From the NCBI RefSeq assembly GCF_018350175.1, contig NC_058368.1, positions 17,052,001 through 17,116,000 of the forward strand: 64,000 nt of DNA. The letters run 5' to 3'. Positions 39,086-52,569 of the stretch are shown piece after piece (within the stretch, counting starts at the first letter, position 1; every line of letters starts with the position of its first letter). The notes beneath the pieces are model-generated. The model searched no databases. It was not told where the DNA came from and saw nothing but the letters and a program-made list of their open reading frames with translations. This DNA comes from Felis catus (Eukaryota). The translations under genes were made by a program, and so were the position numbers.

Positions 39086-39178
39086 AGGATGTGGGGCTCA
39101 AACCCACGAATTGTGAGATCATGACCTGAGCCAAAATCAAGAGTTGGACATTTAACTGACTGAGCCACCCAGGCGCCC
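39086..39178 (-). mobile_element. CAN-SINE head only (3' half absent)
   Basis: gtggggctcaaacccacg...gagccacccaggcgccc without body or tail. Confidence 0.85.
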
Positions 39179-39928
39179 TGAGAGCTTTCTTTCTTTTTTT
39201 TTTTTAATCCAAACAGTAGAATATTGTATAGTAAACCTATATAAGAAGGAAAACTCTCATCCTTTTCATTTTTCTTTTTTATTTACTTTGCACGTGCCCA
39301 TACGTTATATAGAATTAAATTTGCTGAACTTTGTATTGTTTTTATTAAGAATACTGTTTTATTTTTCACTTCAGTTATTTTAAACCCAATAGTCAAAATA
39401 AGTCTGATACATGACTGCACCGCTAAATGACTCTTGTTACATAGTGAACTAGCACACTCTATTGGACTCTTAGAAAAATGAATATGGTCTCCAAAGCAAT
39501 ATTAAATTCTGTCATTAAATTCTGCTGTTTATCTTAATGACGAGGTATTCTTTTTGTCCTTACCTTATAGAATAAGCTGAAATTACATGATATTCATGGA
39601 AAACTCCAGAATTCTGATGAAGATGAGAACAATGTAAAAATCAAAGCTATTTATGCATGAATACTGGTACACATAACTATCTTCAGGGCAGTAAGATGAG
39701 GAAATGGGAAATGCTTTCAGATCATTGCTCTTCATGTTAAGCAGATAGACCAGGACTTACCCAGTCAACCAACACTTTTTGAGTACCCACTCTCTGTAGG
39801 ACAGGCTAATTATGTGGGTCTGAAGATGGCTGAGATAGGCTTGACCTAACACTCTGGAGAATTGTTAGGGTTGAAATGATTATGGAATACTTCTCATACA
39901 AAAAAACATAGATTAAGTTTAATTTTAA

Positions 39929-40140
39929 GGGGTGCCTGGGTGGCTCAGTCGGTTGAGCGACGACTCTTGATTTCAACTCAGGTCATGATCCCAGGGTCAT
40001 GGGATTGAGCCCCAAATTAACCCCCCCGATGAACGTGGAGCCTGCTTGGGCTTCTCTCTCTCCCTCTGTCCCTCTTCCCTGCTCACATGCATGCTCTCTC
40101 TCACTCTAAAAATAAAATAAGTAAAATAAAATAAAATAAA
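39929..40140 (+). mobile_element. Older CAN-SINE
   Basis: Head with gactcttgatttc, (AAAAT)n tail. Confidence 0.92.
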
Positions 40141-40176
40141 CAATTTAATTTAAAAATTTCAAAAAGCTTAATTTTA

Positions 40177-40240
40177 TTTTATTTTTTAAAGTCTATTTAT
40201 TTATTTTGAGAGATAAAGAGAGTGTGCAAGTGGGGTAAGG

Positions 40241-40284
<44 letters not shown>

Positions 40285-40408
40285 TCCCAAGTAGACTCCA
40301 CACTGTCAGCACAGAGCCTGATGTGGGGTTCAAACTCAACGATCTGTGAGATCATGAACTGAAATCAAGAGTCGGATGCTAAACTGACTGAGTCATCCAG
40401 GCATCCCT
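40177..40408 (-). mobile_element. CAN-SINE, tail-to-tail with previous one
   Basis: TSD aaaaagcttaatttta (40161-40176, 40410-40425). Confidence 0.94.
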
Positions 40409-40619
40409 AAAAAAGCTTAATTTTAAAATGTCTGGTGCCACAAGTTCTTATTATTGTGAGGAATAATATTTTATTCTCAGAACACAGGCCAATGACTAAG
40501 ATTGAGGACCCTGGGCACTTAATGTACATGCCCACATCTGTTCGTGATTTACCTTGATATTTCAAATAAAATGTTTTTAGGCTTATTTGCCTACCTGTAT
40601 GTTATAAGTGTAACTTGGA

Positions 40620-40870
40620 ATGAAAATAATGCTGACTTTTTTAGCGTTTACTGTGTGCTGAGTTTTTTCTAAGGGCTTAGCATATATTGTGTCGTTTACT
40701 TCTCAGAACAACCTTGACAGATATTACTATTTTTCCTACTCTACCCGTGCGGAGACTGAGGAGCATAGGACTTAAAAAATTATCCAAAGACCACACAGCT
40801 TGTTATAAGTGACAGAGTCAGGGTTCAAACCAGGGCGTATGACACGAGAACTCTTGCTTTTATTCATCAC
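40620..40870 (-). mobile_element. MIR
   Basis: gagactgagg...ccaaagaccacacagct...gacagagtcagggttcaaaccagg. Confidence 0.75.
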
Positions 40871-42177
40871 GGGATATTTCTGTGATTAACCTATTTCACT
40901 GGGATGCGGGAAGGATAGAGAATGCTTAGCAACAGCTTTTGGTTCGTTAGCAAATGAGTGATCTAGACGGAAACAGGGCATCCGGTTGTCTGTGGACTAG
41001 TTATAATAGCCCAAACTTACAATTTGTAACTTGTGGCCATTCAAGTGATTCTTTAAATAATTATCAGATTAACATCCCTGTGATGAACAACGGGTATGCT
41101 GTAGTCTGTGATAATCACAACGTGCCTTCTTTCAATGCTCATCAAGAGTACAATTCATTTCATACATGTTTCTTGCCTCTGGGAATATATACATATGATG
41201 TGTGTATGACGTATATACATACATAAGAATATGACAGGTATACCTATGCATTTATGATATATATGTATGATGGGTATATGATATATTTACAAATACACAT
41301 ATAATGCGTATAGACATCGTTAATGTAAACAAAATAATTGATATCCTGTTTTCAAAAAGAGAATTTTACTAATTAACATAATAAGTCAAAGTGGAATTCA
41401 GCATCAACATAAAATGAGATGCTCTGGTTCATCAATATTCTTGCTAATAACTTGTATTTATAATTCATGCACGTGCCCATTCCTGTAGGCCTTGCATCCC
41501 CTTAACTTGCTTCTTTCTCTTAAGTCCTCCATGAGATCTCAAGCACACTGAAGGTTTGGATTCTATTTCATATGTCAGCCGCTTACATAATTGCACCAGA
41601 TGTTAAATGCAGAAATTAAATACCCCATAGTCAAGATAGTGATAATTAGTAACATGACAGAATAAATTTCCAAACACATTCTTACTTTAATGGCAAATAT
41701 GCCAGTTTTAATAAAAGCAAGTTCTTTCCTGAACAACTACTAGTCCTGTTACACTAAAACCAAGATGGTTTTGACTGGACATAAATTAAGTATTCATACC
41801 CAAGCATATTTATAGTATTGTGCAGATAAAAAAATCAGTAATATTTTGGTTTAAAAAAGTAGTCTCAGGCTTCTTTGACAACCAAACAAGGTATACTTGG
41901 GACAAATATCAGAAAAAAAACAATGCCAGAACAGATATGTCATTATCTTGGAGGACTGAGACTGACCAAAAACAATCATTTTGTTTTGCAATATATATTA
42001 GCATTTGAAATCATTAACAAATATACCAAACCAGCATTCCCATAACCATGGAGAAAGCAATATTTCTGAATTTAAACATAAATGTAATTATAATTCTACA
42101 TATTTGTCTTCAATTCTGAAAAAAATATGACTTACAATGAGAATAACTCATATTTTACACTGTATCTAAAAGTTAAA

Positions 42178-42377
42178 AATTTTTTAATGTCCATTTTGAG
42201 AGAGGCAGAATACAAGCGGGGCAGGGGCAGAGAGAGAGGGAGACACAGAATCAGAAGCAGGCTCCAGGCTCCCAGTTGTCAGCATAGAGCCTGATGCCGG
42301 GCTCGAACTCACAAACCACGAGATCATGACCTGAGCTGAAGTCATACGCTCAACTGACCGAGCCACCCAGGAGCCCC
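42178..42377 (-). mobile_element. CAN-SINE
   Basis: Antisense SINE; degenerate flanks tgtatcta. Confidence 0.92.
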
Positions 42378-43099
42378 AGATTGTATCTATAGGCTAAATC
42401 TAAGCAGTTCATATCAAAACCACTTACATTCAGAGTAGTTTTCCATCCTTGAGGAAAAGTCTTGGTGCCGACACATTCAGTGGAAATGTCAAACCTGAGT
42501 TAATTATTAGATTATGTGGCTTTTTCCTCTTTTGGTATCAAAAATAAAGGAGTGGAATGATTCTATTTGTGTCAGACTCTAAGCAACAAGCCTAAACAAT
42601 CTCTGCTGGCATTATTTGGGGAGAACAATATCTTTCAGGAAATGCAACAGGCAAATTACCACAAAGTCAGGGAAGAGTTACTTCTGAGGGCTGGAGAGAG
42701 AAGCATGATGCATTGGGGGCAGCACACAAAGGGCTTCAAAGATAGTTTGCTCTGTTTTCATTTCAGCTGTGGGCCTACAGGTGTTCATTTTATTATAATG
42801 CTTTAAATTATACATGCATGTTATACGTCCTTTGTTCTATGCACAACAGAGTTCACAATAAAAAATTATACATTAAAATGATTCACTTAATAAGCTCATT
42901 GTGGCATCCTAAATATTCTTTTTTAGCTCATCTATTACGTAAATGCATATGTCGTTTTTAATTTCCTGGGTAGTAATAGAGAGCCAAATTTCCCAAGGAT
43001 CAAATAATGCTTGATCAGAATATCTTCATCAGTGACCAATGTTCTGATTCCAACCCACCTTTTCAACCTTCTCTTTCACCACTACCCTCGCTTCTCATC

Positions 43100-44050
43100 C
43101 AGATGCTTACTATTCTTTAACAAAACACTATGTTCTGTTTCCTATATCTGGGAGTTCGCAGGACCACTATTTCTACTTCAATATCCCTCCCCTAACCGTC
43201 TCTCCCACTTGTGAAGATTTGCTCTTGCTTTAACACCCACATCAAGTTCAGTGGTTCTCCTCTGTCACCCCAGCCCTTTCCACAAGCTTACTGAAGCCCC
43301 CATCCCACCTCGTGTCGTTGCTTTTCATCCTCAGAAAGTCTTTGATGGCTAAGGTTTACCCAGTTTATTTTCTCCAGTGCCTGGTACATTGCCTAATATA
43401 CAGTCAGTGCTCCGAGAATGATTGTAAATAACAGAATAGGCTCGAGTTGCTTACAGGAGGTTGAGACGTATACAAATAATTTTAGAATACAAGGCCTAGA
43501 ACCTAGATTAGAATGCTAAGTTCACACAAAATACTATGGAAACTCTGAAGAAAAATAAATGAAGGTGCCTCTATTAACACACAATGAGATGCTAAGATAT
43601 TCCTTAGAGAGAGAGAGACACAGTTATATACTGCAAATGAACTAGAAAAATATGAGACGGTTCTTGCTTCATTAATTTGCAATCAAGTTGGAGAGAAAAA
43701 ACCAGTAAATACTGTTCAACCAAGGGATGAAGTGCAGAGGTTAACCGAAGTCTGGAGAAGGGGAAATCATAAGCGCTAAGTTAGCATAAGCAAAGATAAC
43801 TTTCCTCAGGAGGTGAGACTAGCTTTGGATGTCAAAAAAGACAGTGTTTGTACAGAGTCGGGGAAAAACAGATGGTTTTCTGGATGTGCGAAATAAGGGA
43901 AAGCAGAGGGAGGCTCGTGTTTATGGGAACTGCTGAAACAGAGCCCAGATTGCATGTTAGCAAGTGGTGGGAAATAATGGGAGATCAGGAGGTCGAGCCA
44001 GATTCTAATGAGGCTTTTAAAGTTACTAACTGCTAACTGAAGTTTGAGAT
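43100..44050. mobile_element. L2 fragments (+ then -)
   Basis: tctccagtgcctggtacattgcctaatatacagtcagtgctc tail; purine-rich antisense L2 beyond 43560. Confidence 0.5.
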
Positions 44051-45096
44051 TTTTATGGTAACTGAAGCAAATGATTGATTGATGAAGGGGGGAGGAAAAA
44101 AAAAAACATTGTGCTGATTAAATATTGACCATTATAATTTTCAGCGCAACAGCTGCTACTGAAATTGCAGTCATTCAGGATGAAAAATAGACACTGTTGT
44201 TCTGAAATAGCTGGAACTATTTGGAACCCTGTAGCATGAGTGTGTGCTGTGTAGTTTTTGCTAAGAACATGATGGGGTACGGGTTCCGTTTTTTTCATTT
44301 AGCCATAATGACTTGTTCCACGGGTTGAGAATTCAAGCTGAGCCACCATTTCACAGCCAGACTCAGAGTGTGGGTTGTATAAAGCTGTACGAGCGCTCTC
44401 CCAAAGATATGAAAACTCCTCCCGGCTACCGAATTCCAATCTCTAACTAAGAGGATATTTGAAAAACATCACTTGCTTAAATTTCTTTCCTAATAAGAGC
44501 CTATTTATTATTAACTCATCATTTACATCATATTAGTTGCTCAGAGTTATTTTCCTGAAAAATGTAGTCATGAAATTTGAAGTCTATTTTTACCTTAAGA
44601 GATACATTTACAAACCTAACCATGTGGTGTAAATGCTCTAGGGAGCATGCATGCAATTTACAGTTAAACTCATAGTTATTTATTGTTTGCTATCCTGAAT
44701 AAACGTTTTATTGCAAGGTCATCATTTTGGCTTCTTTTAGATTAATAATATCTGCAATGTCAAGTAAATCAATCATGTTAGAGTTCAACGTTAGTATACT
44801 CTGCATCTTTGTTGGTTTACTGTGACGTTATCTCTGTGCCTTTAATTTATTTTAGGCTAACTTGCCATCTATCATCCTTATAGTAGATATTTGGAAACAG
44901 AGAGGACCTGGGAAGATCCCAACCTATGTTTTGGAAAGATGATGCTGGTAGCAGTAGGACAAAGAAAGAGGTTACAGTATAAATGGTTAGGGCAAGAACA
45001 GACGGTACGGAGAATAGAAGAAACAAATTGAAAAGCATTTTAGCGGTTGAATGGGACTTGTTTGGGGGCGTATTCAATCAACAGGTATATACAAAA

Positions 45097-45270
45097 CGAC
45101 CTCTGGTGGTATGGGCCCTGACACGGTTGCCTGGGGGGACAATGAAGCTCCCTGGGTTACTATGAGGAAAGAATGGCAGAGGTTTCCCCCGCAGTAGCAG
45201 GTTGCTATAGCGACAGTCTCCTGTCAAGTGTGAATGGAGACTGTTATCTCAGCCAGTGACCAATAGAGGT
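45097..45270. promoter_or_regulatory. Candidate CTCF + RFX X-box + CCAAT cluster
   Basis: cgacctctggtgg (revcomp CCACCAGAGGTCG) 45097-45109; GTTGCTATAGCGAC 45201-45214; ccaat near 45260; motif matches only. Confidence 0.35.
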
Positions 45271-45629
45271 TTTCAGAAGGTTGAGTGTATCAGCATCCCG
45301 AACCAACTGGTCTTTTGTTAGGGAGAAGCGAACACCAAGTGGATACCATAAATGTGATTAAGATGGAAACAGTGTCCCATCTAATCAATTGTTTATGGTA
45401 CTGAAACAAGATATGTTTTATATAAAAGTACGCTTTTAACATTTCTATCCTGGAAACTATAGTGGCTTAACATCCCTGGGCTTCCTATTTCTAATTTGTA
45501 AGATAGAATAATAATTATATGCATCTCCTAAGCTTGTAATATACGGTGCTTAGAAAATTCATGCCACATATTAAGTAAAAAATGTTAGTTATTATTACTA
45601 TTATGGTTATGATCATCATTCTCGCACAA

Positions 45630-45900
45630 ATAGGTAGCATGGTGTAGTATTTAAGAGCATGAACTCTAGAAATAGGATGTCTGGGGAAAAAAATTTTTTT
45701 AACATGGCAATATTTAGCTGTGTAAATGTGGGCAAGTTATTTAACCTCTCTGTGACTCAGTTTCCTCACCTGTAAATCGGGAATAATTGTACAGACCTCA
45801 GAGAGTTGTCATGTGGATTATATGAATTAACAATTGTAAAGTGCTTAGACTGATGTCTGGAACACAGAAAATATTGAACAAGTATTTATTAAATAAACAA
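45630..45900 (+). mobile_element. MIR, near full length
   Basis: tgggcaagttatttaacctctctgtgactcagtttcctcacctgtaaa core. Confidence 0.88.
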
Positions 45901-46084
45901 GCAAATGGGAAATTTTTACGGGGGTTCCTCTAACAGTTCTAATGTTTTTATAGTAACTGTCCTTCTTTAGTAGTTATTTTTAATCTAATTTGCTTTTATG
46001 TTTTTCCATGGCTTATGAATGGAAAGAAAGCAAAAAGAAAGACAAAAAAAAAACCCTAAAATTTATTGCATTTCTATTTTGTTA

Positions 46085-46270
46085 CAGGAACTCTTGGAAG
46101 TATTACATCAGCTAATCCTCACAAAGCCACATAAGTTTTTTTTTCTTTTTTTGCAGGCCACAGACCAGAAAAGAGATTCAGAAAGTTGAAATAACTGCCC
46201 CACAGTTGGTAAAAATTGAGGCCTGAATTTAAATCCACTTCATTCGTTTTAAAATTAATATTCCTTAAAT
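46085..46270 (-). mobile_element. MIR fragment
   Basis: taatcctcacaa...gagattcagaaagttgaaataactgccc. Confidence 0.6.
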
Positions 46271-47826
46271 TACACACAGAATTTTAGTTTAAAGAAAATA
46301 GTAATTATTATTAACAAATAATTATAATAATTACTGATTATGATCATGTGGCATTTTAATTTTCATTCTATTCTTATCAAATCATACATATCTAGTAGTT
46401 AACAGTTTTTTCTGTGCAATATAAAATATATCCAATTGTCAACCTGCAATATTACTCCAGAGTGAGGTATAGTTCTGCACAAGAGAGAAGCTTAATGGTT
46501 AACTAATTAATTGACTGATTCATGATGGATTCATGGAGCGTATATCTTAACCCATGACCTTAAGAATCCTTGCAATATTTAAATACACCCAATTTTCTAT
46601 CATGACCATATCATTTGCTTTTTCCAGACTACAGTACGCTGATTCTTTATCTTATGAAAATTACTTGTAGGACTTTACATTTAATAGTTTTATTGGGATT
46701 TATGGTGGCAGTGAGATTCCTTTATGCCCTTTTAAGCAGATGGAACACCATTAAAGTTGTTTTTAAAGAATTAATGTGTGCCTCAAACTTATGAAGCAGA
46801 AAGGCAGACTTCATCTTGCACTTAAAATTAAGCATTTGAGATACACAAAATCCATCATTTCATTTTCCATTCTCACCAAACTTAGACTTAATAGAAATGA
46901 CTTCATCTGCCAATTTCAAGTTAATTTTCAGTTCAGAATTTTGTCAAATTGTGTTCCTAGCTAAAGTCCCCATCTGCACAGAAGCAGTGATTTCCACATC
47001 AAAGTTTAAAGGAAGACACAAACACATTCTCAGAGAGCAAGGGAAGAAAATAATTGCTGCTGTTAGTCACTCCTCAAGGGCCAAAGAGAAAATGGAAACA
47101 ATTTTAGATGTGCATGAAAAGGTGAAATGTGGTTCGTCTTTGTCACTGCTATGTGTTAGTTACAAAGCAATCTAATGAACAGGAACAATGGAAAGAAGAC
47201 AGAAGGATGCCATAGGAAGTTTTCTCTTCTCAAATTCAAGAAATTCATGATGTCTATTGTCTAACTTTTAGAAAATCCAGTGGAGATATCTTTCACCCCC
47301 AAAATCATTAGTGGATAGTTACGTTTTTTCTGTGCATGTCTTAATATACCTTTAAAATGAAATAATGTATCCATGAACTGTTTTCAACAACAATGCAGAA
47401 TAACAACAGACCCTCAAATGTAATCTATGAAACCCCTCTAAACAAATGCATTATTCAGTGTACATATATCTGTGTTTATACCCAACATTCTGAGAAACAC
47501 AGCATCTCTCAGTCTCCATAGAAATAACACAGATCTCATTCTAATATACGTGTGAGCCAGTGATACAATGCATACAATATAGTCTTTAGAAAAAATGATA
47601 GAAAACTAATCCCTAACAAATTCATGCTTAGCTATCATTTTATGCCATGAAATATTATCAAGTTTGTGGCACTGAAACATTTTCTTAAAAATTACTGTTT
47701 CAATAAGTGGTTTTGGAGAACATGAAACAAGTCCAATAGTACCTATGCTTTATGGAGGATAAGATTAACTTTTATGAACAGAGACATGGAGAAAAGTATG
47801 AAATGTAGTTTAAAAATTTAGCGTGG

Positions 47827-48073
47827 GGGGCACCTGGGTGGCTCAGTCGGCTAAGCGTCCAACTTTGCCTCAAGTCATGATCTCCCGGTTCGTGAGTTCG
47901 AGCCCGGTGTCGGGCTCTGTTTTGACAGCTCAGAGCCTGGAGCCTGCCTCAGATTCTGTGTCTCCCTCTCTCTCTGCCCCTCCCCTACTCATGCTCTGTC
48001 TCTCTCTCACTCTCAAAAATGAATAAATGTAAATAAATAAGTAAATAAATAAATAAGTAAATAAATAAATAAA
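47827..48073 (+). mobile_element. CAN-SINE with (TAAA)n tail
   Basis: Flanking repeat taaaaatttagc (47811-47822, 48074-48085). Confidence 0.95.
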
Positions 48074-48224
48074 TAAAAATTTAGCTTGGAAAACACAGGA
48101 GTTATGTTTTTAGTTATGTTTTTAGTTAGCTTAGTTGGGAGATATGCACTGGAGGGACTTAAATTTGTTTTAAGGAGAAATATTTTTAACAAAATGAATG
48201 TTGAGTATGCAAAAGATTTTCCAT

Positions 48225-48698
48225 TTTCCCTTCATATCCACAGTCTATCCTCCCTCCTGCTCTGTGCCCACAGGGGATGAACTTCAGGAATTGCACAGGC
48301 TCCCTCCGACTTCCAATTGGATTTGGCCCATGGACAGGACGCAGGAGATGTGCGGGGATGTGTGGGGATGCATGAGATGCGATTATTTATCTTCCGGCTA
48401 ACGTTTGCCAAGCAGGTTGGCAATGGTTGTACCACTCCACCGAAGGCCAGGGCACCTGTTTGGCATCCTGCTCCTATAACCAGAGCTACCGTCTAAGGCA
48501 ATAGCGACATTTCTTTCTGGGTTCTGATAGTCATCTCCCTTCGAGGTCAAGGATGCTAAAAGCTTCCTGCTACTGCGAATCCTGAAGCGTCATCCCTTGC
48601 TGTGTTTTTTTTTATCCCAGCTCACAACTTTGTATATAGTTCTTTTATTAAACTATAGTTACCTTCATTGATTATGCCATATTTACTGCTGACAAACA
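48225..48698 (+). mobile_element. Solo ERVL LTR (LTR16-like)
   Basis: ccaattggatttggcc; cacaactttgtatatagttcttttattaaact...tgccat 3' signature. Confidence 0.65.
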
Positions 48699-48774
48699 CG
48701 TGGAGCCATTGCCAGTATTCTCAACCTCAGTCCTTTAGCTATTAAAGAAATGTAAATGTCTTTAAAGCAATTTC

Positions 48775-48981
48775 ATTTTTTGTAATTTGGTTAATGTTTA
48801 TTTATTTTTGAGAGAGAATGCAAGGGAGTAGGGACAGAGAGAGAGAGAGACAGAATGTGAAGCAGGCCCCAGGCTCTGAACTGTCAGCACAGAGCCCGAC
48901 GCCAGGCTTAAACCCAAGAACTGTGAGATCATGACCCGAGCGGAAATTGGAAGCTTAACACACGGAGCCACCCAGGCTCCC
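48775..48981 (-). mobile_element. CAN-SINE
   Basis: Flanks taaagcaattt on both sides. Confidence 0.92.
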
Positions 48982-49991
48982 TGTAAAGCAATTTAAATGG
49001 TTTTACAGATTCTGAGATAATAAACAACTTCATTAGATTAGGTATAGCTGGTAATCAATGATAATTTAATGTTTAATTTAAAGTTTAATGTTTAATGTTT
49101 TTCTTATGGAAGTAGAAAATTGTCTCTATAATTTGGTAACTAACTACATCGAGAGAAGCAAATACAGGCAATATTTAGGGAACTTCAATGGAGAAATTAA
49201 GAAATTATCTTGTGGTATGCTTTTGATTGCATATTATTATTCCCTAATTTTCAGTATTTCAAATAATCTTATGCCCCATTTTTCTAAATTTTAAACATGT
49301 TATTTACCTATCACACCATCTTTTCAACAAAGGCACTATTATGTAGTGTTGCTACGTATTTGAGTATGTAACATCCATCCGTTAATGTTCACACGGGCAT
49401 CAAGGAACAAGCTTTGCTTTTAAGAGCCGTAACAGCAAAGTCCCAAACATAATCAATATAGGCAATCTCCAGGGATGATAGGTACATTCATCTTTGGTCC
49501 ATTTTTGTTTTAATTAAAATAGCAAACATTTCACATCTCTCCTAGCTGCTCAGTATTTTTTTCCCCTCACTCTAACACATAATTACTGAATCAACAAAGT
49601 TCAAAACAGATCATCTGGGAGAACTGAGTGGTGGCTGTGAATGCCTTGGCTCCCTCATTACAGTTTGGTCGCATCATTAAAGTACCGATTTAAAAAATCA
49701 TCATGCCCAGCTTAGAGTCTGAAACCTTAAGAGCCAGGAAGCCCTCAGGCATGAGAATAGTTGGATGCCATGTGCCGTTTTCAACATCCCCTTTTCCAGC
49801 TCTTTTTATTCAATACATACAACCACATAAATACATCTTGCTGCTGATCTCCACCATGATGTTTTTTATTTATTTGCTCAAAAGGCAAAGATAATAATTC
49901 TCTATTAAATTTAATATGATGATGCAAAAGTAAACCCACTAAGTTTGATCCCTCTTTGATCACTCAATATGTGTGCTTATAAAAATGTTTA

Positions 49992-50183
49992 GGGGTGCCT
50001 GGGTGGTTCAGTCGGTTAAGCGTCCGACTTTGGCTCAGGTCATGATCTAGCGGTTCACAAGTTCGAGCCCCATGTCAGGCTCTGTGCTGACAGCTTGGAG
50101 CCTGGAGCCTGCTTCGGGTTCTGTGTCTCCCTCCTTCTCTTCCCCTCCCCTGCTTGTGCTCTGTCTCTCAAAAACAAATATTT
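49992..50183 (+). mobile_element. CAN-SINE
   Basis: Flanks aaaaa(t/c)gttta. Confidence 0.94.
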
Positions 50184-51334
50184 AAAAACGTTTAAATATC
50201 TCGTATTTTAACAAAATGTACATTATAAACATATGTAGCACAAGATGGAATCAATATAGCAATTTTAAAGGTAATGAAATGAGGACTCAAAGTCAAATAA
50301 CCAGTGAGCTCTAGAACTTGACCTTGAACTCTGCTTCCCTAACTCTGGTTAATTACTGTATCCATTTAACCTTGAGGACATATTTGGATCAAGTCTAGTA
50401 GAAAGAGCCATTAAAACCCTAAGTGTCCAAATCAGGATAAAGGGAGAAAAGGGGATAATGAGGTCACTGATACGAAACATCACCAGGTTCAGAATTTTTC
50501 CTCACAACAGCTTTATCTGAGGGAATAAAGGCCAGTTGCACTCAATGAAGTGTGTCGTTGCCATTAATCTCAAGACTTGAGTCGCAGAAGATGTCAAGGA
50601 AAAGGAGGGCATGCAAAATTCTTCTACCAACATTCTGTTCCAGCGTCTCTACCTTAATCTGTCCCAAGATGGAAAGTAAGAAATGGGTCAAAGAAAGGAA
50701 TGGAAGACAATAGAGATTGCTGTCACATAGATTCCTGAGATGCTGTGCAGGCTCTGAGGACCGACACCTTCAGCAGAGATCCTCACACACACGGATTACT
50801 CCTATCCCATTACTACAATTAGTGCATGAGAAAATGATTGACGTTGTCCAGAAAGACTTACAGCACTGGATGAATTAACGCAAACTATTACATGATTGAT
50901 ACTAAATAACTGTTGGATTTGATGCCTAGTTATATTGTTGCTGTATCTCTCCTTTCTTATACGCATGCCAACTCCAGATGACGCTGAATGTTCCAAAATT
51001 TGAGTTGCACATCTTTTTGAGGTTTTCAGTAGGAATTACTTCCTTAGAAACATATTAAAATAATGATTCTCTTCCTAGATCAACCTGCAAAATTTCCTAA
51101 GCCCCATAATTTAACAAGGGAAAAGAGGAAATATTTTCTTAATACTGGGAATCAAACCGAGTAGAATCTTAACTAGATTGAATTACCTTGAATGTGATGT
51201 TTGAACATGTGTGGGTGCTTATTTCCACTTCTCAGTCATTGATTCATTCAGTTGACATTTGTCGAGCACCTCCCATTGACAAGCATATACCAAAGATTTC
51301 AGAAACAAAGGTGAACCTTTGATGGTCTCAATTA

Positions 51335-51526
51335 TTTTTTAAGTTTATTTATTTATTTGGGGAGGGGCAGGGGCAGAGAGAGAGGGAGAGAGAGAGAATC
51401 CAAAGCAGGCTCTGTGCTGTGAGCTCAGAGACTGACGAGGGTCTCGATCCCATGAACAGCGAGATCATGACCTGAGCTGAAACCAAGAATCAGACGCCCA
51501 GCTGACTGAGCCAATCCAGGTGTCCC
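51335..51526 (-). mobile_element. CAN-SINE (older)
   Basis: Flanks tcaattatt. Confidence 0.9.
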
Positions 51527-51891
51527 ATGTGTCAATTATTGGTAAGTTAATAGACTGGTTGGAAAGACTGATATGCAAGTCTACCAGAATTCTTGTTGAA
51601 CCTTCTTTGAATAAAACTGCAGTCATGTTTACATAAATATTACAAATCCTGGTACTCCGAGTCCTACCACATGATAGTAGGACCTCAGACCCTGTCACAG
51701 GGTGTCCTAGGGTGGATTATCTTTTGCCCATCCATCCTGCACTCCGCCAGCTGGCTGCATGCTATATGGCTCCACTTCCTACTGTTTTCATTAAGCTTCT
51801 CTCAAAGTTCTCATGGACTATGCTGCCACCACCATTGTCTTGAGGAGCCAGGGCAAAGAGGATCCCTCCTTGTCTCACCGTATGTTAGTTA

Positions 51892-52569
51892 CAGGGCCGA
51901 CTTCATGTACAGTCACACAGGATTCTACTTTCAAAAGTTACCTGCACTTGGAGTTTAATGCCCCGCAATCACCATCTGAAATGCTTAAATATTTTATCTT
52001 TGAATTTGTGTTTTTTAAATGAAGTCCAATGAGAGAGTGGAACAAGCACAGGGACTTGAACCCTGAGCTCACACCTGGTGCCCCTCCTACCACCTCTCTG
52101 ACTCCAGGGGTAGAGTTCTGGGCAGCCCATTCCCCACTTTCTATAACGCTGGGTGCTTCCCCACCTCTCCTCTGGGTCCCCACTCTCTGACCTCTGCAAG
52201 CTTCCACCCAGGGCAAAAATAGGTTAAGTGTCTTACCATTGATTTCAGCTCAGGTTGGTGGGGAGAGGGCTGCATTCCTCTTGCATCAGAAGCCTGGATA
52301 GGAGTCATGGGGAGGGTCAGCCTCACTAGCATTTGCCCTGCAGTATCAAGGTGATGGTCACCTTGTCCTGGGATGGCAGTGCCACAGCATATTCAATGAG
52401 GGCAAGCTTCTCTTGTACAATTGATCCAGGTACCAAGTGAGTATCTTGAGGAGTCATCTAGTCAACCATGGGAGTGATAGTGGCCAACAGGAAATGGAGA
52501 TTGACTTTTCCACCCCCACTGGGGTCTTCCATTTTTATTTCGTACCCCACAAATTATGTAACTGACCTG
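51892..52569 (+). mobile_element. MER45-type hAT non-autonomous DNA transposon
   Basis: Starts cagggccgacttcatg; ends ccccacaaattatgtaactgacctg; left end similar to revcomp of 20085-20456. Confidence 0.75.

Noticed and set aside
41180..41315. AT/ATAC-rich quasi-palindromic stretch
   Set aside because: Low-complexity decayed microsatellite.
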